The position numbers were made by a program, and so were the translations under genes. Source: an uncultured Acidobacteriota bacterium (lineage in GTDB: Bacteria > Acidobacteriota > UBA6911 > RPQK01 > JAPXNP01). Taken from it: a stretch of DNA of 64,000 nt. The DNA lies in contig CAVZRV010000035.1 of NCBI GenBank assembly GCA_963777605.1, forward strand, positions 32,001 through 96,000, in the 5' to 3' direction. The notes beneath the pieces are model-generated. The model saw nothing but the letters and a program-made list of their open reading frames with translations. It was not told where the DNA came from and ran no database searches. Shown here piece by piece: positions 39,756 through 50,062 of this stretch. Every line of letters begins with the position of its first letter. Position 1 is the first letter of the stretch.

Positions 39756-40719
39756 GGTCTGCTCCATTTCGGCGGTACAGGACTTGGAGTTCATACCGGT
39801 CCCGTCCCGGATCGTAGTGTTGGATTTCGAGGACCTCCGCGACCTGGCGCCTGCCCTTTCGTCGCTCGATGTGCAGAAGGAGATGGATCGAGTCGGCGAT
39901 GCTGCTTCGCACGGCCGTGTAGGGCAGTTCGACACCGCTTTGAAGGACACAGCTCGTAAAGCGAGCAACGGCTTGCTCGGCCGAGTTGGCGTGGATCGTG
40001 GAGAGCGTTCCGGAATGGCCGGTATTGAGCGCCTGGAGGAGATCGAAGGCTTCCCCGCCCCGCACTTCGCCGAGGATGATCCGATCGGGCCGGTGGCGAA
40101 GGGCCGCCCGCAAGAGATCCCGGATCGTGACGGCCGGCAGTCCCGGATGATCGCGACGGGCCTCGAGGCGCACCAGGTTGGCCTTATCGATCTGGATCTC
40201 GGCCGTATCCTCGATCAGAATCAATCGACACGATGCGGGGACGAAGGCCGTCAGTGCGTTGAGCAGCGTCGTCTTGCCGCTGGCCGTACCGCCACTGATC
40301 AGGATGTTCTTCTCCGATTCGATGGCCTTCTGCAGCGTATTGACGAGATCGGTGGTCAGCGTGCCGATCCGGATCAGCTCTTCGGCGGTAAAGCGCTTGT
40401 TGTGGAACTTCCGGATGGTCAAGGTGGTTCCGCCGACAGAACACGGAGGAAAGACCGCGGCGACCCGCGAGCCGTCCGGAAGCCGCGAGTCGAGGATCGG
40501 CTTTTCCTCGGAGATCTCGTCGTCAAGTGCCCGGGCGATGTTTCGGGCGGCAATCTGCAGGCTCTTCTCCGAGATCTCGACCCCACGAACCGGCTCCACC
40601 AGGCCGTGTCGTTCGATGAAGACGCGGGAAGGGGCATTGATCATGATTTCGCTGACTTCCGGGTCCCGGATGAGGTTTTCGATCGGTCGAAGAAAGGGCA
40701 GGATCACGTCGAAGCTCAT
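39748..40719 (-). CDS. virB11: VirB11/CpaF ATPase
   Basis: SGGTASGKTT, IEDTAE, LRHRPDRIILGEVRG, NTGH, STIHA. Confidence 0.93.
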   Translation of the reverse strand: MSFDVILPFLRPIENLIRDPEVSEIMINAPSRVFIERHGLVEPVRGVEISEKSLQIAARNIARALDDEISEEKPILDSRLPDGSRVAAVFPPCSVGGTTLTIRKFHNKRFTAEELIRIGTLTTDLVNTLQKAIESEKNILISGGTASGKTTLLNALTAFVPASCRLILIEDTAEIQIDKANLVRLEARRDHPGLPAVTIRDLLRAALRHRPDRIILGEVRGGEAFDLLQALNTGHSGTLSTIHANSAEQAVARFTSCVLQSGVELPYTAVRSSIADSIHLLLHIERRKGRRQVAEVLEIQHYDPGRDRYELQVLYRRNGADHD

Positions 40720-42719
40720 CCGATTTCTCCTTGATCGAGCTGTTCGAAGTAGCTCAAGTTTCGATCCCGAAAGTAGGGCTTCAGGTAGCAGTAAGACGGC
40801 GGATGGGGATTGAACCCGTCGTAGGCCAGGACGATCGACTGGGCGTTTCGGAGTTCGGCGAAGATCTTGGGTTCGAAGACGGCGTCCCGGACGACGCTGT
40901 AACTCTTACTGGCGCTGACACTCGACTTGTGGGCCGTGGTGCGGCCGGTGAGCACACTGACCCGGGCGTCCTGGCCGTGCTCGGAGAGGTTGTAGTGAAG
41001 CCGCAGCTGTTCTTCTTTTCCGCACAGTTCGCTGGCCACCCGAGTGCTGAAGTCGTCGGAAAGGGCCAGGAAGATCTTGGTGCGAAAGGTCTGAAGCAGC
41101 GTCCGCCAGGATTCCCCGGGCAGGGTGGATCGAAGCGAACTGATGCTCTGCGTGGCGACGATCGGAATGCAGCGGGCCTGCCGGGAGAGGCTGAAAAACT
41201 TCTCGTCGCCGGTCGGATCGCTCTCACCGACAGTGGCAAAGGAATGGTACTCGTCGCAGAGGAACAACACTTCCCGCCAGTACCGGTCATCCTGGGATTC
41301 GATCCTGGGGATCCGGTCCAACATGGCCCGCTGGAAGTCCTGTTTCAAGAAAGTGCCGATCGCTCGGGCCAGGCCCGGATTGGCCGAGACGGGGAAGTTC
41401 AGAGCGCAGACCTTGCCCTGTTCGATCAGCTCGGAGAAAGGAGGCAGCGGCTTGCCGTATCGGCCGTCGCGGTTCATCTCCGGGTCGTAGCATTCCTTCG
41501 GAGGGCAGAACGTGCGTCTTGACGGCCGGGTTGTCGTCGAAAAGCGAAAGAAAGACGGAGATTCCTTCGACGATCGAGGTTCGGAGCTTGGGCTCGATCC
41601 GCATCCAGTCGTGAAAGAACCATCGCTCGACGGCTTCGAACTGAGCCTGCTTATCCTCCCTGGCTGCTTCGGACGCCCCGGCGGTCTCGGTCTGGATTTC
41701 ATACTGGATGCCGCGACGCTCGAGTTGATCGACGAGGTCTTCGGTCAAGACCGCCTTGAGCCGGTTCGTCTCCGGATCCATTTCGAAGGGGAGATCTTCC
41801 AGATGCTCGTGATCGAGAAACGCGTCCGGGTGGATCATCAGGGTGGTCGTCTCGCGAAAGCGGTGTCGTCCCTCTTCGATGCGCTTTTCGAGAAGATCGG
41901 GATTGATGGCGCATTCGTAGACGTCGAAGAGCGTGACGTAGTCGTAGACGACCTTGTGGAGCAGGATGATGAACTTGACGAGGTTCGTGTAGGCCTGCTG
42001 CCAGAAGGGCTCCTTGCCTTTGCCGAAGAGGTTGTTCAACAAGTGACGCGATCCCGTAAGCCAGGGCGTAGGCTTCGAGATCGTTGTGAAGCGGGTTGTA
42101 GCGATACTCGGAAGCGAGGCTCATTTCGACGTAGTCGTCGGCCCGGCCGTGTCGCGTCAGGATCTCGTTCACCTTGTGGCAGAAGTCCCCTTTGACTTCG
42201 AGTACCAGGCCGCTCGGCCGCCGATCGGGATCGCTTGCCCGGTAGGCCAGGATCTGCTCGGCGAAGGGAACCATGCAGCAGCTCGTCTTGCCCGTACCGG
42301 TCGCACCGAAAATGGCCAGGCCGGTAAAGAGTCCCCGACGGGGGATCGTCAGCCAACGGGGACGCTCGGCCGGTACGGGCTTTTTGGGATGGTGGACTTC
42401 GCCGAGGACGAGGTAGAGCTCGTCGCGTTCTGTGGGTTCGACATAGCGGGGCAGGCGTCCATGGAGGGTGCCGCTGTTTCTTCGGACGAGGAAGATGTAG
42501 GCCAGTGAAAGCGTGGCCGAGGTCACGATGTAGGGCGAAGTGAAGGAGAGCGCGACATAGATCAGTTTGAAGGCCAGAAAGAGTGCGCGGGCGTTCTGCG
42601 CCGATGAGTTCGAGGACCGGGTTGTCCTTGGGAAAGGGGAGCCAGTACTGGACCAGGACCGTCGTTGCGGCGGCAACGAGGAAGCTCACGAATGGTTTGT
42701 TTTCGTAGAGTCGTTTCAT
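40716..42719 (-). pseudogene. virD4: Type IV coupling protein (VirD4/TraD-like), split by about three frameshifts
   Basis: N-terminal TM, GATGTGKT, LEVKGDF, FLCDEYH, VATQS spread over ORFs 42036-42719, 41699-42676, 41287-42042, 40716-41702. Confidence 0.85.
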
Positions 42720-42785
42720 GGCCTGCAGAAGACACGTTCGAGGGTTGCCGGTTCATGAACTCGGTGTGAGTCGTGAACCTCAGGA

Positions 42786-42926
42786 GGCAAGCAGGGATGC
42801 TTGCCCTACGCTGTAGTGAGTTGTGGGGTGGGCGGGAGCGACCCTGGCCGAACCTTCGGGGGAGGAGTTAAGGTCTGGGCGCCTCAGGCGCCCAATGACC
42901 GGGGTCGCTCCCGCCCACCCCACGAC
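42786..42926. other. Candidate oriT/ssi: 28-bp inverted repeat plus flanking hairpins
   Basis: Arms 42820-42847 and 42899-42926 (22-bp perfect core); inner tgggcgcctcaggcgccca; ggcaagca-ggga-tgcttgcc hairpin; largest intergenic gap in the tra cluster. Confidence 0.55.
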
Positions 42927-43080
42927 CCCGCGAAGCGCCCAAAGGGACGCGACGCGGTTTCGCAATGTATTGATAATTCTTGGCTTTGGCCTTATCGAGC
43001 GGGTGAAGCTGCGGTGAAATCTACGGTCGAAACCCTGATGCAGACAAGTCGTCGATCGTCTTGGCGGCGCAAGAAGTGAT

Positions 43081-44106
43081 TCAGCGCCTGTTAAAGCTGT
43101 CGAGAAAGTCATAGTTGTGCTCCAGGCGAGCAGGTTTGAAAGTCCACAGAAATCGGAAACGGTAAGCTCCGCGATCCTGGATCCTTTCGGTGACCGCACG
43201 ATCGCCATCCTCTTTCCAGAGTCGAAGAGGGATTGGGTGTCCGGGCTGTTGAAGAGTCGGCGAGCTCTCTTCAGACGGATCAATCTGTCCCGGCTCAGGG
43301 ATTGAAACTGTTTGGTTTCGTAGAGGTGCTCCAGACGGAAGTACTCGAGAAGGCCGGCAGCATAGGTCTCGTTTGCTCGCCTCGGAGTCGAGCAACGCGA
43401 CAAGGGATTTCACTCTGCGTCTTGCCGCCTGAAAGTGTCGTTCCGTGTCCGCGATGTAGAAGAGCCGAAGCGTGCCCAACTGCTGAACAGTCGGCTGTAC
43501 TGGTTGAGAAACGTGTCGAAGCCCGCCAGCGATCGAGCCCCCGAGTCGACGTAGCAGAAGGAGACCACAGGCGAAGAGTCTGCGTCGTCAGACGAGACAA
43601 AGAGGGGAAACTTATCGACGAAGTAGCGGATGGTTTCGTCATCCGATTGCTTCGAGGAGTAGAGCTTTCCTCGGTAGGAGATCCGGACGAGAGTTTCCTC
43701 GTGATTGGTGAAGTAATCGACCTTCTCGCGTTCGGTGGCCAGGTAGGTTCGCTCCGGATCAGTCAGCACAAAATCGAGGGCCATCAGTTTGGTCTTGATG
43801 GCGGAGGGAGCATCGCTGGCGGCGGTTGCGGTTGTTCGGATCGCCCAGAGCCTCGAAGAACGGACGGGACGAGAGGTGAAAGACCCCGGTGTTGTTCGGA
43901 AAGACCGTGGCGCGGCGAGTGGCGATTGGCCGCCGATCCTCCACGAGTTGGATCACGGTCGTACCGTTACGGCAACCCACGAACGGTCTGTACTGGCGGC
44001 GCACAAAGTAACCGCCATGAAGGGCTGCGAGTACGAGAAAGGCGGCTTCCCGTTCGTTGTACCCGAATTCCTGGAGTGCTTCGATCCGCTGTTGCTGGGT
44101 CATCAC
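43081..44106 (-). pseudogene. Conserved tra-associated hypothetical protein (wHTH-like N-terminus), frameshifted
   Basis: FGYNEREAAFLVLAALHGGYFVRRQY / KLMALDFVL...YFVDKFP / LRLFYIAD in successive frames. Confidence 0.65.
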
Positions 44107-45019
44107 CTGAGGATCTCCGCAGTGAGTTCCCGTTCCTCTTTGACGGTGGAACCGGAAGACCGGGAGGTGCCGGCGAAGTAGATCTTGAATCCGGCCTGCC
44201 GCTTTTGAGCGAGTTGGCCGGGACGGTAGTGCTCGGTTGCCAGTTCCAGATCCCGATGGTCCAGTTCACCGTCCCGCGTCTCGTATTCGATCCGAAGATC
44301 CGGGAAGGCGACCCGGCCTCGAACGATCGGCAGATCGTGGCGGCTGGCGACCTCCTTCTGCTTTTCTCGGAGTGCCGCGTTCGTCTCCGCGTTGTCGCAG
44401 TTTCGAAAGCGGGCGAAAGACTTTCTCTTTAAGCTCGTAGTCCAAGACGACCCGGCGGATCTTTCCTCCCTCGAGTCGGATCTTTTCGGCCTCGAGCTGA
44501 TACATGCGGTAGATGGCGGCGTCATGGCGCGCTTCAGCCGGTTTGACGAAGCCGGAGTAAAGCTTCTGATTTCCGAGGCGATCCCGGGTCTCGGGGTGAC
44601 GGTTCAGGAAGCGTGCGCCTTGACGGGTCAGGACAACGACGTGGGTGCGATTTCCTGTCGGCAAGACAAGCCGAATCCGGCGGGCGAGCCGCTGACGGAT
44701 GAGGTTTCGAAGATCCTGTTCGGCCCGGGATCGGTTTCCCTCGTAGCGAGAAGTCGACCAGGTCCCGGACGTCGATCATTCGAAACCGCCCGATTTCCGT
44801 CATCGTCTCGAGTTCGGATTCCCGCAACTCGAAGCTTCGATTCCGCGACCAGCGGCGCTCGCGAGCGTTTGTCCGCGGATCGTCTTGAACCGGTCGTTCA
44901 GTTGAGGGCGTGCGCGGAAGGTCTTTACTGTCGACTGAGCCGCCGGCACGCGACAGGGATCGGTGGTTGGGCTCGTCGCGAAGATCCGGGTGAGGCTCGC
45001 GCTCCAGTCGTCCCCTCAT
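44103..45019 (-). pseudogene. Replic_Relax/MOBC-like relaxase candidate, frameshifted
   Basis: Reconstructed wHTH (EIGRFRMI...VVLTRQG), HDAAIYRMY, FPDLRIEYE...DLELAT PD-(D/E)xK-like core. Confidence 0.6.
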
Positions 45020-45312
45020 GGTTCCTCCCGCAGACGCTCGCTGAGTTCCTCGGAGATGCTCTGCCCAGATCTCAACTGTTTCTCGAGGTGAGCCAGCTTC
45101 TCTCCGGTGTTCTTCAGAAAGAGCCTTCGGCTGAGGACAAAGACTCCGGCGAGCAGGTTGAAAAAGAACCAGGCGGAGACACCCAGAATCGTCCATCCGT
45201 AGTCGGAGACTAAGAGGTGCCGGTAGGGGATCAGGAAGCGGAGTTCCTGCATCAGGTAGAAGAGTGCCGCCAGAAAGAGAATGCTCGTCACAAAGAAAGC
45301 GTTTTTGATCAT
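45016..45312 (-). CDS. Small two-TM hypothetical protein in tra operon
   Basis: Two hydrophobic segments, LKNTGEKLAHLEKQL; coupled to the next gene. Confidence 0.7.
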   Translation of the reverse strand: MIKNAFFVTSILFLAALFYLMQELRFLIPYRHLLVSDYGWTILGVSAWFFFNLLAGVFVLSRRLFLKNTGEKLAHLEKQLRSGQSISEELSERLREEP

Positions 45313-45316
45313 CGCG

Positions 45317-46006
45317 TTACTGAAAGGCCTGGTCTTCCCGGAAGTAGGTGATGGTCAGACCCAGCGGATTGATCGGTACCAGGGTGTTGGGGACCTGGTC
45401 TTTGACGACGAAGACGAAGTGGGCGACCCAGAGGTCGCGCCGGATCTCGAGATGATCCTGGGCCGTGTAGTAGATCTTTTCGAAGTCGACCGATGCCTTG
45501 TAGGGCGGCGAGCGAAGGTCCTCGATCGAGACGTTACGGACGTTGATCTCGATCTCCTCACCGTTTCCCGCCAGAAACTCTTCGATCGTCTGGTTCTTCC
45601 GGTTGGCTTCGATCGTCGCATCGGCCAGGCGCCCGTCGAGAAAGTAGAGCGAGGAGGAGTAGTTCTCGCGAACCGTGGCCCTAACCCGCCCGTAGTGGCG
45701 GGTGACGAACTGGATCAGGAAGTACTTGATCTCGGGGGCCTGCGGTTTGTATCGGAGGGCATCGTATTTGACGGCCTCGGCCCGCCCCACGTCGTCGATG
45801 CGGATCACGAGCGGCTTGAGGTCGGCGAAGGCCCGATAGGTCTTGAAATTCAGGAGGATCAACCCGACCAGCACCACCGAGAGGCTCAGCAAGGCGATCT
45901 TCAAGTAGGTGTTCGTCACCAGAGCCGAGCCGAACTGCTCCATGTAGAGCCGCTTGGCCTGGCTGAACTCTTTCGGGGGCGGCGGTAACAGGGGTGTCTT
46001 ATCCAT
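45317..46006 (-). CDS. virB8: VirB8/TrbF
   Basis: Single TM, PLVIRIDDVGRA, C-terminal INPLGLTITYF. Confidence 0.88.
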   Translation of the reverse strand: MDKTPLLPPPPKEFSQAKRLYMEQFGSALVTNTYLKIALLSLSVVLVGLILLNFKTYRAFADLKPLVIRIDDVGRAEAVKYDALRYKPQAPEIKYFLIQFVTRHYGRVRATVRENYSSSLYFLDGRLADATIEANRKNQTIEEFLAGNGEEIEINVRNVSIEDLRSPPYKASVDFEKIYYTAQDHLEIRRDLWVAHFVFVVKDQVPNTLVPINPLGLTITYFREDQAFQ

Positions 46007-46015
46007 AATCTTCGC

Positions 46016-46843
46016 TTAGCTGAACTGGCGCGGCAGAGCGGTTTCGCCCGCCCGGCCGGTAAAGATGCCGTTGACGAGACTCGGGACTTTCAGGAGGCCA
46101 TAGATAAACGCCACAAGCAGAAAGAGAAACGGGACGAACAGGATGGCCAGTCGCGCTCCGTCAAAGGGTGGCGGATGGGCGTCGAGAAAGCGGATCAAGA
46201 GGTTTCCGAAGATGAAGACGAAGGCGTGCGCGATCACCTGGTAGAAGGCGTACTGAATGAAGGCCCGAAACCATCCCCAAAAGAGCCATTCGAAATGGGG
46301 AACGATGAAAAACGGAATGAAGATCGGACCCACCAGGACGATGACGCCCAGCGCCGCCCAGCCGAACGAGATGACTCCCAATACGGCCACCTGGGCGAGA
46401 ATGACGGCCAGCATCACCACGACGTATCGGATGATCGAGAGGACGTCCAGAAAGTAGGGCCACTCCATCGTGTAGACGACTTCGTAAAGGCGCAGCTGCA
46501 CTTCGCTTGCCGTCGCCAGCTCGATTCGATTGGACAGGAAGATCCCCTGCTGAATGATGACGTCCTTAAAGCTCAGGCCGAGTGCCGGCAGGGGCCGATC
46601 GTAATAGGTGATCATGGCCTGACAGAACGCGATCGTCAGAATCAGGCTGGCGAGTCTCGACATTCGGAAACCGCCCTCGTGATCCGAAGCGGAGAGAGCG
46701 GCGCGGATTCCAAACCACGAGATGAGGATGATCGCGAAACCGGTAAAGAGATTCCGACCCATGATCAGAAACAGGTTCGTGTGGCGGGTCAGCAAATCGA
46801 TGATGGCTTGCTGAATCGCGGTGAAGTAGTTCAGGTCGGGCAT
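46016..46843 (-). CDS. virB6: VirB6/TrbL
   Basis: Polytopic membrane protein, VGPIFIPFFIVP..WLFWGW. Confidence 0.85.
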   Translation of the reverse strand: MPDLNYFTAIQQAIIDLLTRHTNLFLIMGRNLFTGFAIILISWFGIRAALSASDHEGGFRMSRLASLILTIAFCQAMITYYDRPLPALGLSFKDVIIQQGIFLSNRIELATASEVQLRLYEVVYTMEWPYFLDVLSIIRYVVVMLAVILAQVAVLGVISFGWAALGVIVLVGPIFIPFFIVPHFEWLFWGWFRAFIQYAFYQVIAHAFVFIFGNLLIRFLDAHPPPFDGARLAILFVPFLFLLVAFIYGLLKVPSLVNGIFTGRAGETALPRQFS

Positions 46844-46860
46844 TTCGCCAATCCCTCTCC

Positions 46861-47696
46861 TCAGGGCAATCGAAAGTTCTGAAGCACTTCGGTCGTCCCC
46901 CGGATCCCGGCCATTCCGATATCCAGGGCTTCCCGCTCGAAGGCGATATGGGTGTTGATGGCTGCGGCATCCGCATCTCGCCGCCGTTTCGAATCGGTGA
47001 TCTCGTGCTCGAGGAGCGAGACGAGTAATTGGTTGGTGTCCTGCGTCGTTCGAAGTGCGATCGTTCCGGCGGCGTTGATCTGGTTCAGAACGGCAATCTG
47101 GGAGTTGTCGTCCTCATTGTCCGAAAGGGAGTCGTTTTCGAGAGACGAATGGCCCGTTCGACGGCGTCTGCATGGTCGCGGAGGCTGCCGACAAGTTCGA
47201 TCCCGTGGAGATTGGCGGCATCGGCCAACTCCACGGTCCCGTAACGGGTCATCACCCGTCGAAGCTGAGCTTCGGGAATCTCGGCAATCGCCCGGCCGTA
47301 ATCGGAGAGTTCCTCGATGGCCTGCCGGTAGCCTTCCAGAACGGATCGTCCCCGGTTGATGGCTTTACTCCAGGGACCGGTCGTTCCATACCGGTCGGCG
47401 GCCTCGGATCTCCGCCAGGGGGTCAAGGCAGCCCGGTAGCGTTCCTTATCGGCCATCTGTTGCGCCATAAACAGGAGATGGTCGTACTCCTGCTGCAATG
47501 CCCGGACGGTATAGACCACCTGCCAGAAGGTCTGAACCTGCCAGCTCCGCATCGACTGCATTTCGCCGTAACGAAGGACGGCGTTCGCATAGTTGGTCGG
47601 ATCGTAGACGAGGGTCGGAAAGAAGAGCTGGGCATTGGCGGACGATGCCAGCACCGTAACGATCAGGATGAAAACCGCGATCTTCTGGAGCTTCAT
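46861..47696 (-). pseudogene. virB5: VirB5/TrbJ-like protein, one frameshift ~47148
   Basis: Signal peptide, VYDPTNYAN; continues SLENDSLSD...NQLLVSLLE...NFRLP in another frame. Confidence 0.7.
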
Positions 47697-47833
47697 CAGT
47701 GCCCTCCCCGCCCGGCGAACATAAAGATGATCGCCAGCAGATAGAACACCGAGACAAAGACCAGGAATCCTCCGATGAGGATCCGGTACAAACAGGGTGA
47801 AAGCAGACGAAGTAAAAGCAATCGGAAAATCAT
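47696..47833 (-). CDS. Small hydrophobic protein
   Basis: GGAGG RBS; 45-aa hydrophobic ORF whose stop overlaps the virB5 start. Confidence 0.45.
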   Translation of the reverse strand: MIFRLLLLRLLSPCLYRILIGGFLVFVSVFYLLAIIFMFAGRGGH

Positions 47834-47846
47834 GGTTCCTCCTCCC

Positions 47847-49188
47847 TCAAAAGTCCGCCGGCTCGGGATGGTCCGCATAGGCCGGAACCAGGAGGTCCCC
47901 GGCCAGAAGGATCTTGATTCGGTGACCTTCGCGGACCGTAAAGGTCGGCAGCACGTTCAGATATCGATTGAGGATCTGAAGCGACGAGGCGGATACGCTT
48001 CGTGAGACGCCTTGGCGGTAGGCATCACCGGCCGAGTAGTCATTTCCGTAACGGGTCCCGGCCTGGGCCAGACCGGCAATGGCGCCGATGGCCAACGACA
48101 CTCCGAAGAGTCTCAGGTAGTGGCGATCCACCTTGTCCTTGAGACCGGTTTCTCCGATTTGATTGAGGCCCTGAAACTGGTCGAGATCGAGCGAGAATCC
48201 GTCCGGCATGATGATCCGATGAAAGACGACCGCGAGGCGTTCCTGGCCCAGTTGATCGACTTGTGCGGACCTCACCCAGGATCCGGCTTCCTTTGGGGAT
48301 CAGCAGTCGCTGACGGTCGCGGGAGTAGACGTCCTCGGTGAGCATGCAGTTGACCGGCCCGGCAAAGGATCCGGTCAGACGGTTGGTCAGGACCGACTCC
48401 AGGACGGTGCCTTCGAAGAGGCGATACTGTTTCCTGTCGGCTTCGCTCGTATCCTTCAGGACAGGAGGCCGGCGCCGCTTCGTTGCGGTCGGCTCAGCAT
48501 TCGGCTCGGCGATCGGCTCCTGCGCGGCCGCCACTTCTTCCGCAGGAGATGCCGGATTCGGTACTTGCGGTGAAGGCGGGACCGGGCCAGACGCCGGCAC
48601 ATAGAAGGGGAGAGGCGACTGGCGATAATCTGGCCCGGCGGTGGGAGGGATCAAAGCGGATAGGGAAGGCGGGTTCTGGGTCGCAAACAGCGTGTCCTTT
48701 TGTTCGGGTTTCGGTCGATAGCTTTGCGCGACATTCGAGGCGAAAAGCGCCTGGTAGGCTCGCTCCTCCTTGTCGCGCTCGACGGAGCTTCGTTCACGGC
48801 TGACGCGTTCCGGACGATACTGAGGCGGCGGGTAGGAGTTCGCCGGATCCGCGAGTGGTTCCGGCTGAGCGCCCAGGGACTGCTGCGCCTGCTCGAGGCG
48901 TGCTCGTTCGGCGGCAAGTCTTTGGGCCCGTTCTTCGATCCTTCGCCGATACTCCTGGATCCGGCTTTCGTTGGGATCGATGACCGACTTCACCTCGGCG
49001 GGCCCTTCGGCTGGAGGCGCCGTCCGCTGGGGAGTGTCGATGGCCAGTACGACGATCATCAGGAGCGCCACACCGAGGATCACCCAGGTCTGGATATTCT
49101 TCGGCAGGACCCCGGCGGGTTTTGTCACTCGATCGAGAACTGCCGGGGGCCGGGGGTTCTCCTGGTTGGTTTGCGGCTTTTCCGTCAT
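47847..49188 (-). pseudogene. virB10: VirB10/TrbI, one frameshift ~48268
   Basis: TM, Pro-rich linker, LFEGTVLESVL, IPKGSRILG / GLKDKVDRHY, PTFTVREG. Confidence 0.88.
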
Positions 49189-49192
49189 GGGC

Positions 49193-50062
49193 TTAGTCCT
49201 CGTGACTGAATTTCAGCTTCTTCTTGCCGATGGCGAGATACCCTCGATCAAGCACCTTCGAAACAACATAGGTACCGTCGTGGTAATCGAACTGGATGAG
49301 GTTGGGCTTTCCGTCCTTGATCTCGTAAAGCGCCGGCACCTCTTGCGGATTTGCCCGAATGAAGGTGAACTTGCCGTCGTTATAGATCGAGGTGACGTTA
49401 AAGGGCTTCTTTGCGGCCTTGAAGCGATACCCGAATTGGAGCTTCAGCGGATAGGTGGACCGAAACTGTGTGGTCTCCTCTTCGATCCGGGCTTTGGCTT
49501 TCTCTCGGGTCTTTCGCGTCTCTTCTTTGGCGATCTCGACTTGGCGGCGAAAGTCATCGATCTGATAGGCGGGAACGAAGCGTGGATCGGACTTCATGGC
49601 CGAGAGCATTGCGGTGTCTTTGAGTTCGACGAAGAGCTTCAGATCGGGTTGGGCTCCGGCCTGTTTGGAGACTTCCGTGAGGACGAAGGAGTAGACGTTG
49701 CCGCTTGCCGTAATCAGATTGAGATTCGTCTCGGCGCCGAGCTTCGAGGGTTTGACGTAAGCGAAGTTCTCGACGCCTTCGACGACCCAGTATTCCTTGT
49801 CGCCGCAGACGAAATCGAGAATCCGTTCGTCTTCAGGCAAAACGATCAGGGTCGTATAGCGAAGCTTCGCCTGGACGTCGATGACGTCGCGACGGCCATA
49901 GTGAACCAGGCGTGAGGACTGCTGCCCGGGTTCCGGCAGCATCACCTCTGTATTCGGTGAGTCCAGTGCGACCAGACTTCTCCCCGAGGCAAAAAGCGAT
50001 CCGCCGAGGAGGATCAGGCAGGACATGGCGGACGCAATCAGACAAATGGAGGGTCGTTTCAT
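49193..50062 (-). CDS. virB9: VirB9/TrbG
   Basis: Signal peptide, YTTLIVLP, VKP, TNLNLIT, YNDGKFTFI, PALYE. Confidence 0.88.
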   Translation of the reverse strand: MKRPSICLIASAMSCLILLGGSLFASGRSLVALDSPNTEVMLPEPGQQSSRLVHYGRRDVIDVQAKLRYTTLIVLPEDERILDFVCGDKEYWVVEGVENFAYVKPSKLGAETNLNLITASGNVYSFVLTEVSKQAGAQPDLKLFVELKDTAMLSAMKSDPRFVPAYQIDDFRRQVEIAKEETRKTREKAKARIEEETTQFRSTYPLKLQFGYRFKAAKKPFNVTSIYNDGKFTFIRANPQEVPALYEIKDGKPNLIQFDYHDGTYVVSKVLDRGYLAIGKKKLKFSHED

